Shown one piece after another: positions 54,071 to 64,000 of a DNA stretch of 64,000 nt. Origin of the DNA: a virus. Taxonomy: Duplodnaviria; Caudoviricetes. The notes under the pieces are model-generated. The model saw nothing but the letters and a program-made list of their open reading frames with translations. It ran no database searches and had not been told where the DNA came from. The first letter of the stretch is position 1. Each line of letters begins with the position of its first letter. The position numbers and the translations under genes are program-made. The DNA lies in the IMG/VR virus record IMGVR_UViG_3300020471_000006, positions 1 to 64,000 of that record; one strand, given 5' to 3'.

Positions 54071-57000
54071 ATGGCATTGACAAGACTTGACAATCTTATT
54101 AGTTCTAAAACTGGTAAGTATTTGTACGTCTCACCTGACGATTTTAACGCAACGGATGAGATTAATAATAGAGGTAACTCCCCTATTAGACCGTTTAAAT
54201 CGATTCAGAGGGCATTTTTAGAGATTTCACGATTCTCTTATCAACCTGGTCCTGATAACGACAGGTTTGATCAATTCACCGTCATGGTGATGCCTGGTAA
54301 ACATTATGTTGATAATAGACCTGGTCTTGCTACTACTGACGGAATTGATGCTTTTGCGTTTGATCAAGCACTTAATCAATGGATTGATAATTCCAATTTA
54401 GACATTGGAGATCCTAATAACTGTCTGTACAAGTTTAATAACACTGAGGGTGGAGCCATAATCCCTCGTGGTTCATCTATTATTGGTTATGATTTACGTA
54501 GAACATCAGTTCATCCACTGTTTGTTCCCGATCCTGCTGACAGGTTAGAAGCTCGCTCTGCTATATTCAATGTTACTGGTGGTTGTTATTTCTGGCAGTT
54601 CACTATTAGAGATGGTGACCTAGAGCCTGCGTCACCATTATATGACAATTCAGAAGGAATTGGTAAAGTTTATTATCAAAATGGTGATTGGACTGCAAAA
54701 GCTGTACCAAACTTCTCTCACCACAAACTGACTGTTTTTGAGTATGCAGACAAAGAAGAATTAGGTCTGTACTACCAGAAAGTTGCTAAAGCATTTTCAC
54801 AATATCAACCAACAATTGATGATCCTCGTGAATTCGGTGATAGAATCGAAGAGACTAGAATTGTTGGTCCTCTATCAGACATTCGTTCTGTTGAGAGTAT
54901 TAAACTTACAGATTCAGCACCTGCTGGAACAATAACAGTTGAAGTAACATCCAAAGTTAATCATGGATACTTCAGGAACCAATTTGTTGCTATTGAGAAC
55001 AATGGTCTAGATGATCAGCTCAATGGTGTGTTCTCTATTTCTGAGATTGATTTAGTTGATCAACGTAAGTTCTCATATAATATACCAGGAACTGTTGGTG
55101 CTCTTGGAACTAGTGCATCTTTGATAAGTGGCACAACTTATACTGCATCAAATGGTTTAGATTCTAATGCTGTAGTTAAGGCAGAGGTTGACTCTGTTGA
55201 ATCTGCATCTCCATACGTCTTTAACTGCTCCATCCGTTCAACATGGGGTATTTGTGGTATCTGGGCAAATGGTTTGAAAACCACTGGTTTCAAATCAATG
55301 GTTATCGCTCAGTATACTGGTGTATCTCTACAGAAAGACGATAGAGCATTCATCAGATATGATGAGTACAGTAACACATTTAATCAAGCATCACTATCAG
55401 ATGCATTTGCTACTGTTCCATATCATACTAAAGGTGATGCATACTGGAAGGATGACTGGAGAAACTTCCACGTTCGTGCATCAGAAGACGCATTCATTCA
55501 GTGTGTTAGTATCTTCGCTGTTGGTTTCGCTGATCACTTCCTAATGGAAAGTGGTGGTGATATGAGTATCACCAACTCTAACAGTAACTTTGGTAATACA
55601 TCACTACATGCTATTGGTCATAAAGGATTTGCCTTTACACAGGATAAAGGTGGATATATTACAGATATTGTTCCTCCACAGGTTGTAGATACAACTACTG
55701 GAAATATCAAGAAGAATGCTTACTATACTATTGATATTCCAGCTACCAAAAATCTTAACAGTGCATCAGACCAGACTAAGATCTATCTTGGAGACGATGA
55801 AGCATTTAATCCAGAGACACGTGTTGCTGCATCTATTGATGGATTCCGTATAGGTGCTAGGTCAGATGAAAAGTTATATGTAAAATTAATTCCTAGATCT
55901 GCTGGAAGTAGTAATATTTTCGAGGCAACATTATCTCCTAATGGATTTAAGAAGTTTAATGCTACTGCAACTATTCTTAATCCTACTGGTATTACAATTA
56001 ACAATAAGGATCTAGATGCTGCTGACCTTATTGAAGCAAACAAAGAGTTTATTGCTTACGAGGCATACGGATATATTACTAATAAGTATCCATACCTCTT
56101 AGATAGAGAAGGTATTGATATTGTCAAGTGTCGTCGTGACATTGGATATTTGCTTGATGCTACTATTCAGGATTTAAGACTTGGTGGTAACATTAATACT
56201 ATTCAAGCTGGTGAATCATACTATGTTGGTAATAACTTATCATACATTACATCAGAACTTACTGAAACTCTAGAAGGTTACGACTACGCTAGAGATCTTG
56301 CTATTGCATCTATACGTAATTTCACATATCTACGTACTGGATCAGAGACAACTGCTGGATCTGCTATTGTTGATGTCGGTGACACAAGTGGTATCGTTCA
56401 AGGTATGACTGTTGCTGACTATGATCCTACTCAGTTTACAGACAACAAACTTAATTCTGGTGCTTCACGTCCTGCATCTCCAGTTATTCCTGATAACACA
56501 TATGTTAAGAGTGTTATCTCATCAACAGAGATTGAACTTGGACAGAAAGCAACATTCTCTAGTAAGAAGGTAATCTCTGATCGTAATGGTGACGCTAGAA
56601 ACCTATTACTTTCAAACAAACTATTCATTGCTGCTGAAGCATTTGATAGGATGGTATTGGATTTCCCATCTTATACTTCACCAACAGGATACGGTCCACA
56701 GGATTGTAGGGATGACTTAGTTGACATCGTTGAAGCAATTGCTGAGAATACTGCTTATGGTGGTAACGATGAAGTATGGGATGCTGCATATCATTATGAT
56801 AGTGGTGCAGTTCAGTATATTTCACAGAAGAAAGAAGAGACCATTCGTGCGATTGAATATGCCAGAGATATGTCTGTGCAGATCATGCGTAATGAGAAGT
56901 CATTCATCTTTGGTAGTCATGGTCTAACTCAAACATATGATAATACTGTCACTTATGAACCACCTGAAGTGGTTAATGACAGAAATGGTGACGCACGTAA

Positions 57001-60000
57001 TCTAATACTTGCTAACAAGCATTTGATTGCTGCTGAATCTGTAGAGAGAATGTTGGTTCGTTCTTCTACTGCTGAGTATACACCAACTGATGCTGAGTAT
57101 GATCCAGCAACAGGTGATTTGACTCTTGATGTTCAGAGTCATGGATTAACTGCTGCTAGTGCTATTACAGCTTCAGATGCAAATTATAATCCTGAAACTG
57201 GTTGGTTGACTATTACATCTAATGGTCATGGTTTAGCTGCTGGTAGTAAGGTTAAGATTGAAGATGAATCATTGACATTGACATGTTCAATGGATGGTGA
57301 TGCTTCTACTCATGTATATCCTAGACCATCTGATCCTATTAGTAATAAGTGGGTTGAAGTTGCTGAGGCAGACACAAATACATTCAGTATTGATGTAGGT
57401 AAGTCTCTATTAATTGGACATAATGTAACTGCTGCTGAATATGTTCCTGCTACTGGATTGTTAACTGCAACTATTCCAGGTCACCAGTTAAGTGAAGGGC
57501 AGAATGTAAGAGTTGAAGACGGAGCATTTACATTTACATGTGCTCAAGATAACTATGGCACACAACATGTTTATCCACGTTCAACTGATCCAGCATATCA
57601 AAGTTCTGTTAAGATTGTAGCAGATGGTTCCAAGCACACAGTTACTGGTGCTGGATACAACCCTGATAAGGGTACTATGGAATTCACCCTTACAAATCAT
57701 GGATTTAGTAATGGTGATAAGATAAGAATTGATGATAATGCATTAGTCTTTACTTGTGCAATGGATGCTAATGCTACTGAGCATTCATATCCACGTAAGT
57801 CTGACCCTATTAGTGGTAAGTGGGTTACTATTACAAACAAAACTAACAATACTTTTGAAGCACATGTTGGAACTACTGGTGCGGTAACATATGATCTTAC
57901 TAACGCACTTTATGATCCTGCAAGTGGTGAGTTAACAGTTAGTGTTGATGGAAACCATGACATTGATGTTGGTGAGAATATTAGATTTGCTGATAATGCA
58001 TTAACATTTACATGTGGTATGGATGGAAATAGTTCTAACCACACATATCCTCGTACAACTGACCCTGCGTATAATACTGGGTTAGAAGTTATAGGTGTTG
58101 GTGGTAACTATGATATTTCTAATGCTAACTACAACCCATCTACAGGTGTACTTGAGTTCACTGTTGCTAATCATGGATTGACAAATGGAGAACTCATTAA
58201 GATTGCCAACAACTCTCTAACATTCACATGTGGCATGGATAATAATGCTTCCGAGCATAAGTATCCACGTGCAACTGATCCTTATTCTGGTGATTGGTTA
58301 TCTGTCTATGATGTAGCACAGAATTCATTTAAAGTTCAGATTGCAGATGCTGGATCTAACGTAGAGTTTACACCAACTGATGCTTCTTATGACCCTGCAA
58401 CTGGTGACTTAGAACTTACTGTTGGTGCTCATAATCTATCTGTTGGTGATGGAATCGTCATGGATGACGGTGCTGTATCCTTCACTTGCACAATGGACAA
58501 CAACCAAGTTGCTCAGTCATATCCACGTGCAAACTTAGATAAAGCTTCTGGAAGATCTCTTCCAATTACCTCAGTTGATACAGGTAAGTTTACAATTAAT
58601 GTAGGTGCTGCTGGTTCTAATAAGAACTTAACTCCTACTGGTGCAACATACAATCAGAACAATGGTGAGATGGTTCTTACTGTTGGTCAGCATGGATTGC
58701 GTGTTGGTACTGATATTACATTAAAAGATAACTCATTAACATTCACTTGTGATAAAGATGGTGGTGCTACTCAGCATTCATATCCTAGACCTGGTACTGA
58801 CCCTTATGCTGGTAAGTCAATTGCTATTACAGCAGTTGGTTCTTCACAACATACAGCAACTAATGTTGCATACACACCTTCTAGTGGTGTTATGGTTGTT
58901 ACTGTTCCTAGTCATGGATTCTCACCAGGAGATTACATTCAGGTAGCAGATAATTCTATTACATTAACATGTGATTTAGATGGTAACGTAAGTCAGAAGA
59001 CATATCCACGTACTAACTTTGATTCACTAAGCAACAGGTGGGTTCCTATCCTATCAGCAAGCACTGATACCTTTACTATTAATGTTGGTTCTTCTACTGA
59101 TAATTCAGTACACACATTTGTATCTGCTTCTGCTAATGGTATCTTAAAGCAAGACGGAACACTAACAATTAATGTTGGTTTCGATGCTGATCCTGCTAAC
59201 AGATATGCTCACACATTTGTATCTGCTCTTACCGATGCTGTAGAATATAAGCCTCAGTCAGCACATACATTCGTATCTGCATTAACAAATTCAGTTAAGC
59301 ATCTACCACAGTCTGCTCATACATTTAAGAGAGCAGCTAACTATGCTATCTCCAAGAGAGGTGGTGACATCACAGTTAATGTTGGTAAGTCTCCTATTGT
59401 AGAGTTCACACCAACTAATGCTACCTATGATCCTAACACAGGATTGATGGAATTAACTATAGGTAGTCACAGTTTAACTGCTGGCACAAGTGTTAAGGTT
59501 GATCCTAATTCTCTCAAGTTTACTTGTGAGATGGATGGAAACTATAGTGTCAAGTCTTATCCTCGTGCTACTGACCCTGTAAATGATACTTCTATTGAAA
59601 TTACAGCAGCGTCAGCTACAACTATTACTATTAATGTTGGTCAATCTCCAATAGTAAGTCACAATGTTGATGATGGTTCATACAACCCTGCAACAGGTGA
59701 GATGACCTTGAAGATTGGAAACCATAGTCTAACTGTTGGTGAGTCAATCAAGATTGCTGATGGTGGTGTAACATTCAGTTGTACTTATGGTAATGTTCCA
59801 CATACCTTTATAACTGGTGCTGCTGGTGGTATTACTGCTGATGGTAGCACAGCATTGACAGCAGCTTCTGGAACAACATACGATCCTATCACAGGTGAAT
59901 TGGTTCTTGAAGTTGGAGCACATGCTTTGAATGCTGCTTCTACACATACAGTAACAGACGCAACATATAATGCTGCAACTGGTGCTATGGTTGTTACCAT

Positions 60001-63000
60001 TGCTAATCATGGATTTAGTAATGGTGATAGAGTTAAATTTGCTGAGGGTTCCATATCACTTAACTGTGCTATGGATGGTAATGTTTCTACTAAGACATAC
60101 CCACGCAGATCTGATCCTACATTCGGTAAGTGGTTACAAATCTCTAATGTAACTCAAGATTCATTCTCAGTTGATGTTGGTTCATCTCCATTAATACAGC
60201 ATACACCTACAGGTGCAAATTATAATCCTACCACTGGTATAATGGAACTTACCATTGGTGCTCATAGTTTGACTGTTGGTACTGCTGTTAAGATTGCAGA
60301 TAACTCTCTAACATTCACTTGTGCTGAAGATAATCATCAAACAACACACACTTATCCTCGTGCAACTGATCCATTCTCTGATAAATCATTTGCTATTACT
60401 GATGTAACTGCTACAACAATTAGTGTTCAGGTATTAAGTACAATCCCATCTACTAATGTTACAGCACACTTATTTGTTTCTGCAACTGCTGACTGTGTTA
60501 CATCTGGTGGAAACTATGCACATACATTTGTTTCTGCAACTGCTAGTGGTCTTAAGAAAGCAAATAGTACAATCACATTTGATCAGGATGCATTAACATT
60601 CACTTGTAATGCTGATAACAACGCTACACAACACACATATCCTCGTGCTGGTGATCCATTCCGTAATGAAACACTAGGTTTAGATTCTGTCACTGGTACA
60701 ACAATGACAGTATTCGTTGGATTCTCTACTGGTAGTCAGAGTGCTAAATCTTATCCTAGATCTGCTACTGAAACACATACAGCTACTGCTGGTACAACAT
60801 ATGATCCAACTACAGGTATATTGAGTGTAACAACTGCTGCTCATAATATCAAGAATGGTGATTATGTTCAGTTTGCTACTGGTGCATTTACCTTCACATG
60901 TATGGAGGATAATAACAGCACCAACCACACATATCCTCGTGTAACTGATCCAGTAAGTAGTAAGTGGTTGAAGGTTTCTAATGTAACTTCAACTACATTT
61001 GAAGTACAAGTATTGGATGTTATTCCTTCTACTAACGTTACTGCTCATACATTCATAACTGGAAGCAACAACGGTATTACTTCTAAGGTTGACAGATCAT
61101 ATGATCAGGCAATAGAAATCACTGGTGTTACTGCTGATACTATTACAGTTAATGTTGGACCTTCAAGCAAGACTACAGACGTACATACTTTCGTATCTGC
61201 ACTAGCAGGTGCTGTTAAGTCTGGTGGTGGATATGTTCATACATTTAAGTCTGCTGATGCAGGTGCTCTTAAGACAGGTGGTAACTATCTACATCAATTT
61301 GTATCTGCTACTAGCGGTGCTTTAATTTCTGGTGGTAACTACGCACATACATTTGTAAGTGCTGTTGCTAATGGATTAACAAGATACGATGGAACAGTAA
61401 CTTTGGATGTTGGTACATCTTCTAACACTACTGCACATCAATTTGTATCTGCTATACCTAATGCAATTACTACTGGTGGAAACTATGCACATACATTCAT
61501 ATCTTCTAATCCAAATGGTATTAAGAAGGCTAATGATCGTATAAGAATTGATTATGGTGCATTGAACTTTACTTGTGACATGGATGGTCACAACAGTCAA
61601 CATGCATATCCACGTATTAGTGACCCTGCATATCAGGAAGATCTACCAGTTCTAGCAGCATCTACTAATCAGTTTACTGTTAATATTGGTACTACAGGTC
61701 AAGGTAATCTTGATGTAAGTGATGCAACTTACAATCCTTCTACTGGTGACATGACAGTCACAGTTGGATCACATGATTTGGAACCAGGTCAAGACGTTAA
61801 GATCATTGGTAACTCTATCAAGTTCTCATGTAATGCAGATAACAATGCTACAGACCATGCTTATCCTAGACCTACTGATCCTGCTGGAACATCATCTCTA
61901 CCTGTTAAGTCAGTTGGTTCTTCTTATCATAGTTCAACAGATGCTTCATACAATCCTTCCACTGGTGATCTAGTTCTTACTGTTGCTAATCATGGATTCA
62001 CTAATGGTGATAGAATTAAAATTGCTGATGGATCACTCACATTTACATGTGATATGGATAACCATGCAACTGAGCATGCATATCCAAGACTTAAGGATCC
62101 TAGCAATGGTAAGTGGTTAGTAATTTCTGATGCAACAACAAATACTTTCAAAGTTAATGTTGGTCAGGCTGGTGCTTCTCAAACATACACACCTACTGCT
62201 GCCACATACACAGCTGCAACTGGTCAGTTAGTATTAACTATTCCTAATCATAACATTCCTGTTGGTAAGAATATTACTATAGCACAGGATTCATTGAAGT
62301 TCCGTTGTGCAATGGGTGGTACTTCTGACATTAAGACTTACCCTCGTTCTAGTGATCCTATCTACTCAACAGGTACAGTAGTTACTGCTGCTGATGCTAC
62401 AACAGTTACAGTTAATGTTGGTGCTTCACCTTTAGTCAGTCACACTCCAACGGATGCATCTTTTGATCCTGCAAATGGTTTGATGACATTGACCATTGGT
62501 TCTCATAACCTAACTGTTGGTGAGTCTGTTAAGATTGCTGATGCTGGAGTTACATTCACATGTGGTCAGGATAATAATGCCACAAACCATGCATATCCTA
62601 GAACAACAATTGAAAGTCATACAGCAACCATGGCTGCCTATGATCCTGATACTGGTATCATTACAGTTACTGTTGCTGGTCACGGAATGCGTGATGGTGA
62701 TTGGGTTAAGTTAGCAGATGATTCTCTAACATTTACATGTGCTCAAGATGCTCATGCTACTAACCACACATACCCAAGAGCATCTGATCCTATCAGTAAC
62801 AAGTGGGTTAAGATTTCTAATACACAGACAAATACATTTGATATTCAAGTATTAGATTCTGCACCTTCAACCAACACTACAGATCATACATTTGTATCTG
62901 CTGTCGCTGGTGGTATTACTCAGAAGAAAGATAAGTCTTATGATTCACCTGTAGATATTACAGCTGTAACAGCAACAACAATTACTCTTGATGTTGGTAA

Positions 63001-64000
63001 GTCTTCTAACACTACTGTTCATGCATTTGTCTCTGCAACTGCTGACGCTATAACCAGTGGTGGTAACTATGGTCATACATTTGTTTCTGCTAATTATGGT
63101 GCTGTAACTGCTGACATAACTGAGAATCTATTTACACCAACAGGAGCAAATTATGATCCTGCAACTGGAGATCTTACTCTAACAATTGGTAGTCATTCTC
63201 TTGCAGTTGGTGATGGTATTACTATTGATGATAACTCACTGACATTCAAGTGTCAGATGGATGAAGAGCAGTCCAATAAACTTTATCCACGTCCAGCATC
63301 TAAAGGTCTTACTGCAACTACTGGTACAACATATAATCCTACAACAGGTATTGTTTCTATTACAACAACTGCTAATCATGGATTAAAAACTGGTGACTTT
63401 GTTAAGATCGCTGATGGTGCTCTAACATTCAGTTGTGGATTTAATGGAGCAACAGGTACTGCTGCTGAGAAATCATATCCACGTCCTAGTGATCCTGTAA
63501 GTGGTACATGGATTAAGGTAACAGAGACAGGTGTTGATTCATTTGAGTTCCAATGTCTTGAAGCTCTACCTTCTACTAACACAGACACACATGCATTTGT
63601 AAGTGGTGTTGCTGATGGAATCACACGTCAGACTGCTACTGATAGAGTATCTGGAAGATCTGTAGATATTATCGCTAGAACTGCAAATACAATTACAGTT
63701 AATGTTGGTGGAGCTGGAGATAACCAGACATGGACACCTTCTGCTGCTGATTATAACTCAACTACTGGTGATCTTATTCTTACAATTGGTCAGCATGGTC
63801 TTCGTGAAGGTGCAGGTATTGTTCTTAAGGATAATTCACTAACCTTTACATGTTCTAAGGATAATCATACTTCTAACCATAGTTACCCACGTCCTGGAAT
63901 AGATCCATATGCAGGTGATAAATCAATCACTGTTAATAGTGTTGGTGCATCTATGCATAGTGTTAGTGGTGCAGAATATACTCCTGAGACAGGTGTTCTT
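54071..64000 (+). CDS. giant virion/fibre protein, at least 3310 aa, truncated by window end
   Basis: Starts MALTRLDNLISSK...LYVSPDDFNA; same frame still open at 64000 (VSGAEYTPETGVL); absent from the ORF track because no stop is reached. Confidence 0.85.
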   Translation, partial: MALTRLDNLISSKTGKYLYVSPDDFNATDEINNRGNSPIRPFKSIQRAFLEISRFSYQPGPDNDRFDQFTVMVMPGKHYVDNRPGLATTDGIDAFAFDQALNQWIDNSNLDIGDPNNCLYKFNNTEGGAIIPRGSSIIGYDLRRTSVHPLFVPDPADRLEARSAIFNVTGGCYFWQFTIRDGDLEPASPLYDNSEGIGKVYYQNGDWTAKAVPNFSHHKLTVFEYADKEELGLYYQKVAKAFSQYQPTIDDPREFGDRIEETRIVGPLSDIRSVESIKLTDSAPAGTITVEVTSKVNHGYFRNQFVAIENNGLDDQLNGVFSISEIDLVDQRKFSYNIPGTVGALGTSASLISGTTYTASNGLDSNAVVKAEVDSVESASPYVFNCSIRSTWGICGIWANGLKTTGFKSMVIAQYTGVSLQKDDRAFIRYDEYSNTFNQASLSDAFATVPYHTKGDAYWKDDWRNFHVRASEDAFIQCVSIFAVGFADHFLMESGGDMSITNSNSNFGNTSLHAIGHKGFAFTQDKGGYITDIVPPQVVDTTTGNIKKNAYYTIDIPATKNLNSASDQTKIYLGDDEAFNPETRVAASIDGFRIGARSDEKLYVKLIPRSAGSSNIFEATLSPNGFKKFNATATILNPTGITINNKDLDAADLIEANKEFIAYEAYGYITNKYPYLLDREGIDIVKCRRDIGYLLDATIQDLRLGGNINTIQAGESYYVGNNLSYITSELTETLEGYDYARDLAIASIRNFTYLRTGSETTAGSAIVDVGDTSGIVQGMTVADYDPTQFTDNKLNSGASRPASPVIPDNTYVKSVISSTEIELGQKATFSSKKVISDRNGDARNLLLSNKLFIAAEAFDRMVLDFPSYTSPTGYGPQDCRDDLVDIVEAIAENTAYGGNDEVWDAAYHYDSGAVQYISQKKEETIRAIEYARDMSVQIMRNEKSFIFGSHGLTQTYDNTVTYEPPEVVNDRNGDARNLILANKHLIAAESVERMLVRSSTAEYTPTDAEYDPATGDLTLDVQSHGLTAASAITASDANYNPETGWLTITSNGHGLAAGSKVKIEDESLTLTCSMDGDASTHVYPRPSDPISNKWVEVAEADTNTFSIDVGKSLLIGHNVTAAEYVPATGLLTATIPGHQLSEGQNVRVEDGAFTFTCAQDNYGTQHVYPRSTDPAYQSSVKIVADGSKHTVTGAGYNPDKGTMEFTLTNHGFSNGDKIRIDDNALVFTCAMDANATEHSYPRKSDPISGKWVTITNKTNNTFEAHVGTTGAVTYDLTNALYDPASGELTVSVDGNHDIDVGENIRFADNALTFTCGMDGNSSNHTYPRTTDPAYNTGLEVIGVGGNYDISNANYNPSTGVLEFTVANHGLTNGELIKIANNSLTFTCGMDNNASEHKYPRATDPYSGDWLSVYDVAQNSFKVQIADAGSNVEFTPTDASYDPATGDLELTVGAHNLSVGDGIVMDDGAVSFTCTMDNNQVAQSYPRANLDKASGRSLPITSVDTGKFTINVGAAGSNKNLTPTGATYNQNNGEMVLTVGQHGLRVGTDITLKDNSLTFTCDKDGGATQHSYPRPGTDPYAGKSIAITAVGSSQHTATNVAYTPSSGVMVVTVPSHGFSPGDYIQVADNSITLTCDLDGNVSQKTYPRTNFDSLSNRWVPILSASTDTFTINVGSSTDNSVHTFVSASANGILKQDGTLTINVGFDADPANRYAHTFVSALTDAVEYKPQSAHTFVSALTNSVKHLPQSAHTFKRAANYAISKRGGDITVNVGKSPIVEFTPTNATYDPNTGLMELTIGSHSLTAGTSVKVDPNSLKFTCEMDGNYSVKSYPRATDPVNDTSIEITAASATTITINVGQSPIVSHNVDDGSYNPATGEMTLKIGNHSLTVGESIKIADGGVTFSCTYGNVPHTFITGAAGGITADGSTALTAASGTTYDPITGELVLEVGAHALNAASTHTVTDATYNAATGAMVVTIANHGFSNGDRVKFAEGSISLNCAMDGNVSTKTYPRRSDPTFGKWLQISNVTQDSFSVDVGSSPLIQHTPTGANYNPTTGIMELTIGAHSLTVGTAVKIADNSLTFTCAEDNHQTTHTYPRATDPFSDKSFAITDVTATTISVQVLSTIPSTNVTAHLFVSATADCVTSGGNYAHTFVSATASGLKKANSTITFDQDALTFTCNADNNATQHTYPRAGDPFRNETLGLDSVTGTTMTVFVGFSTGSQSAKSYPRSATETHTATAGTTYDPTTGILSVTTAAHNIKNGDYVQFATGAFTFTCMEDNNSTNHTYPRVTDPVSSKWLKVSNVTSTTFEVQVLDVIPSTNVTAHTFITGSNNGITSKVDRSYDQAIEITGVTADTITVNVGPSSKTTDVHTFVSALAGAVKSGGGYVHTFKSADAGALKTGGNYLHQFVSATSGALISGGNYAHTFVSAVANGLTRYDGTVTLDVGTSSNTTAHQFVSAIPNAITTGGNYAHTFISSNPNGIKKANDRIRIDYGALNFTCDMDGHNSQHAYPRISDPAYQEDLPVLAASTNQFTVNIGTTGQGNLDVSDATYNPSTGDMTVTVGSHDLEPGQDVKIIGNSIKFSCNADNNATDHAYPRPTDPAGTSSLPVKSVGSSYHSSTDASYNPSTGDLVLTVANHGFTNGDRIKIADGSLTFTCDMDNHATEHAYPRLKDPSNGKWLVISDATTNTFKVNVGQAGASQTYTPTAATYTAATGQLVLTIPNHNIPVGKNITIAQDSLKFRCAMGGTSDIKTYPRSSDPIYSTGTVVTAADATTVTVNVGASPLVSHTPTDASFDPANGLMTLTIGSHNLTVGESVKIADAGVTFTCGQDNNATNHAYPRTTIESHTATMAAYDPDTGIITVTVAGHGMRDGDWVKLADDSLTFTCAQDAHATNHTYPRASDPISNKWVKISNTQTNTFDIQVLDSAPSTNTTDHTFVSAVAGGITQKKDKSYDSPVDITAVTATTITLDVGKSSNTTVHAFVSATADAITSGGNYGHTFVSANYGAVTADITENLFTPTGANYDPATGDLTLTIGSHSLAVGDGITIDDNSLTFKCQMDEEQSNKLYPRPASKGLTATTGTTYNPTTGIVSITTTANHGLKTGDFVKIADGALTFSCGFNGATGTAAEKSYPRPSDPVSGTWIKVTETGVDSFEFQCLEALPSTNTDTHAFVSGVADGITRQTATDRVSGRSVDIIARTANTITVNVGGAGDNQTWTPSAADYNSTTGDLILTIGQHGLREGAGIVLKDNSLTFTCSKDNHTSNHSYPRPGIDPYAGDKSITVNSVGASMHSVSGAEYTPETGVL
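57070..64000 (+). repeat. about 24 copies of a ~95 aa domain (Y.P.TG...HGL...FTC..D...YPR..DP...NVG...HTFVSA)
   Basis: Manual translation; copies are nested, not tandem. Confidence 0.85.

Noticed and set aside
57070-64000. Repeats as a CRISPR array or DNA-level tandem repeat
   Set aside because: Conservation is at the amino-acid level with free synonymous variation, inside one open frame.

Overview
A 64 kb segment of a T4-like marine cyanomyovirus, most likely infecting Prochlorococcus (AT-rich; Prochlorococcus-type psbA with no psbD beside it, short hli genes, ho1, pebS, cp12, talC). It holds replication and nucleotide genes (primase gp61, nrdA/B, thyX, purN, gp32, gp33, phoH), photosynthesis and bilin auxiliary genes, a baseplate/tail module (gp53, gp48, gp2, gp4, gp54-like, gp26/gp51, two gp29-like hub proteins, gp27-like, split gp5) and the first 3310 codons of a giant virion protein that runs off the window end. 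It is rich in structured RNAs: tRNA-Thr, a permuted two-piece tmRNA, tandem glutamine-riboswitch-like motifs, a manA-like RNA, a PhotoRC-II-like pseudoknot and an unassigned 5'-UTR structure. Main signals: (1) the giant protein's ~24 repeat domains are nested inside one another like balanced brackets rather than tandem; (2) an NtcA box / tandem glutamine riboswitch / DUF4278 cassette in which one riboswitch encloses a whole ORF; (3) a phage tmRNA with a long tag ending LVAV; (4) an ADP-ribosyltransferase-like domain in a hub/tape-measure paralog; (5) a probable -1 frameshift at gp26/gp51. All family assignments come from motif recognition and manual translation; no database searches were run.
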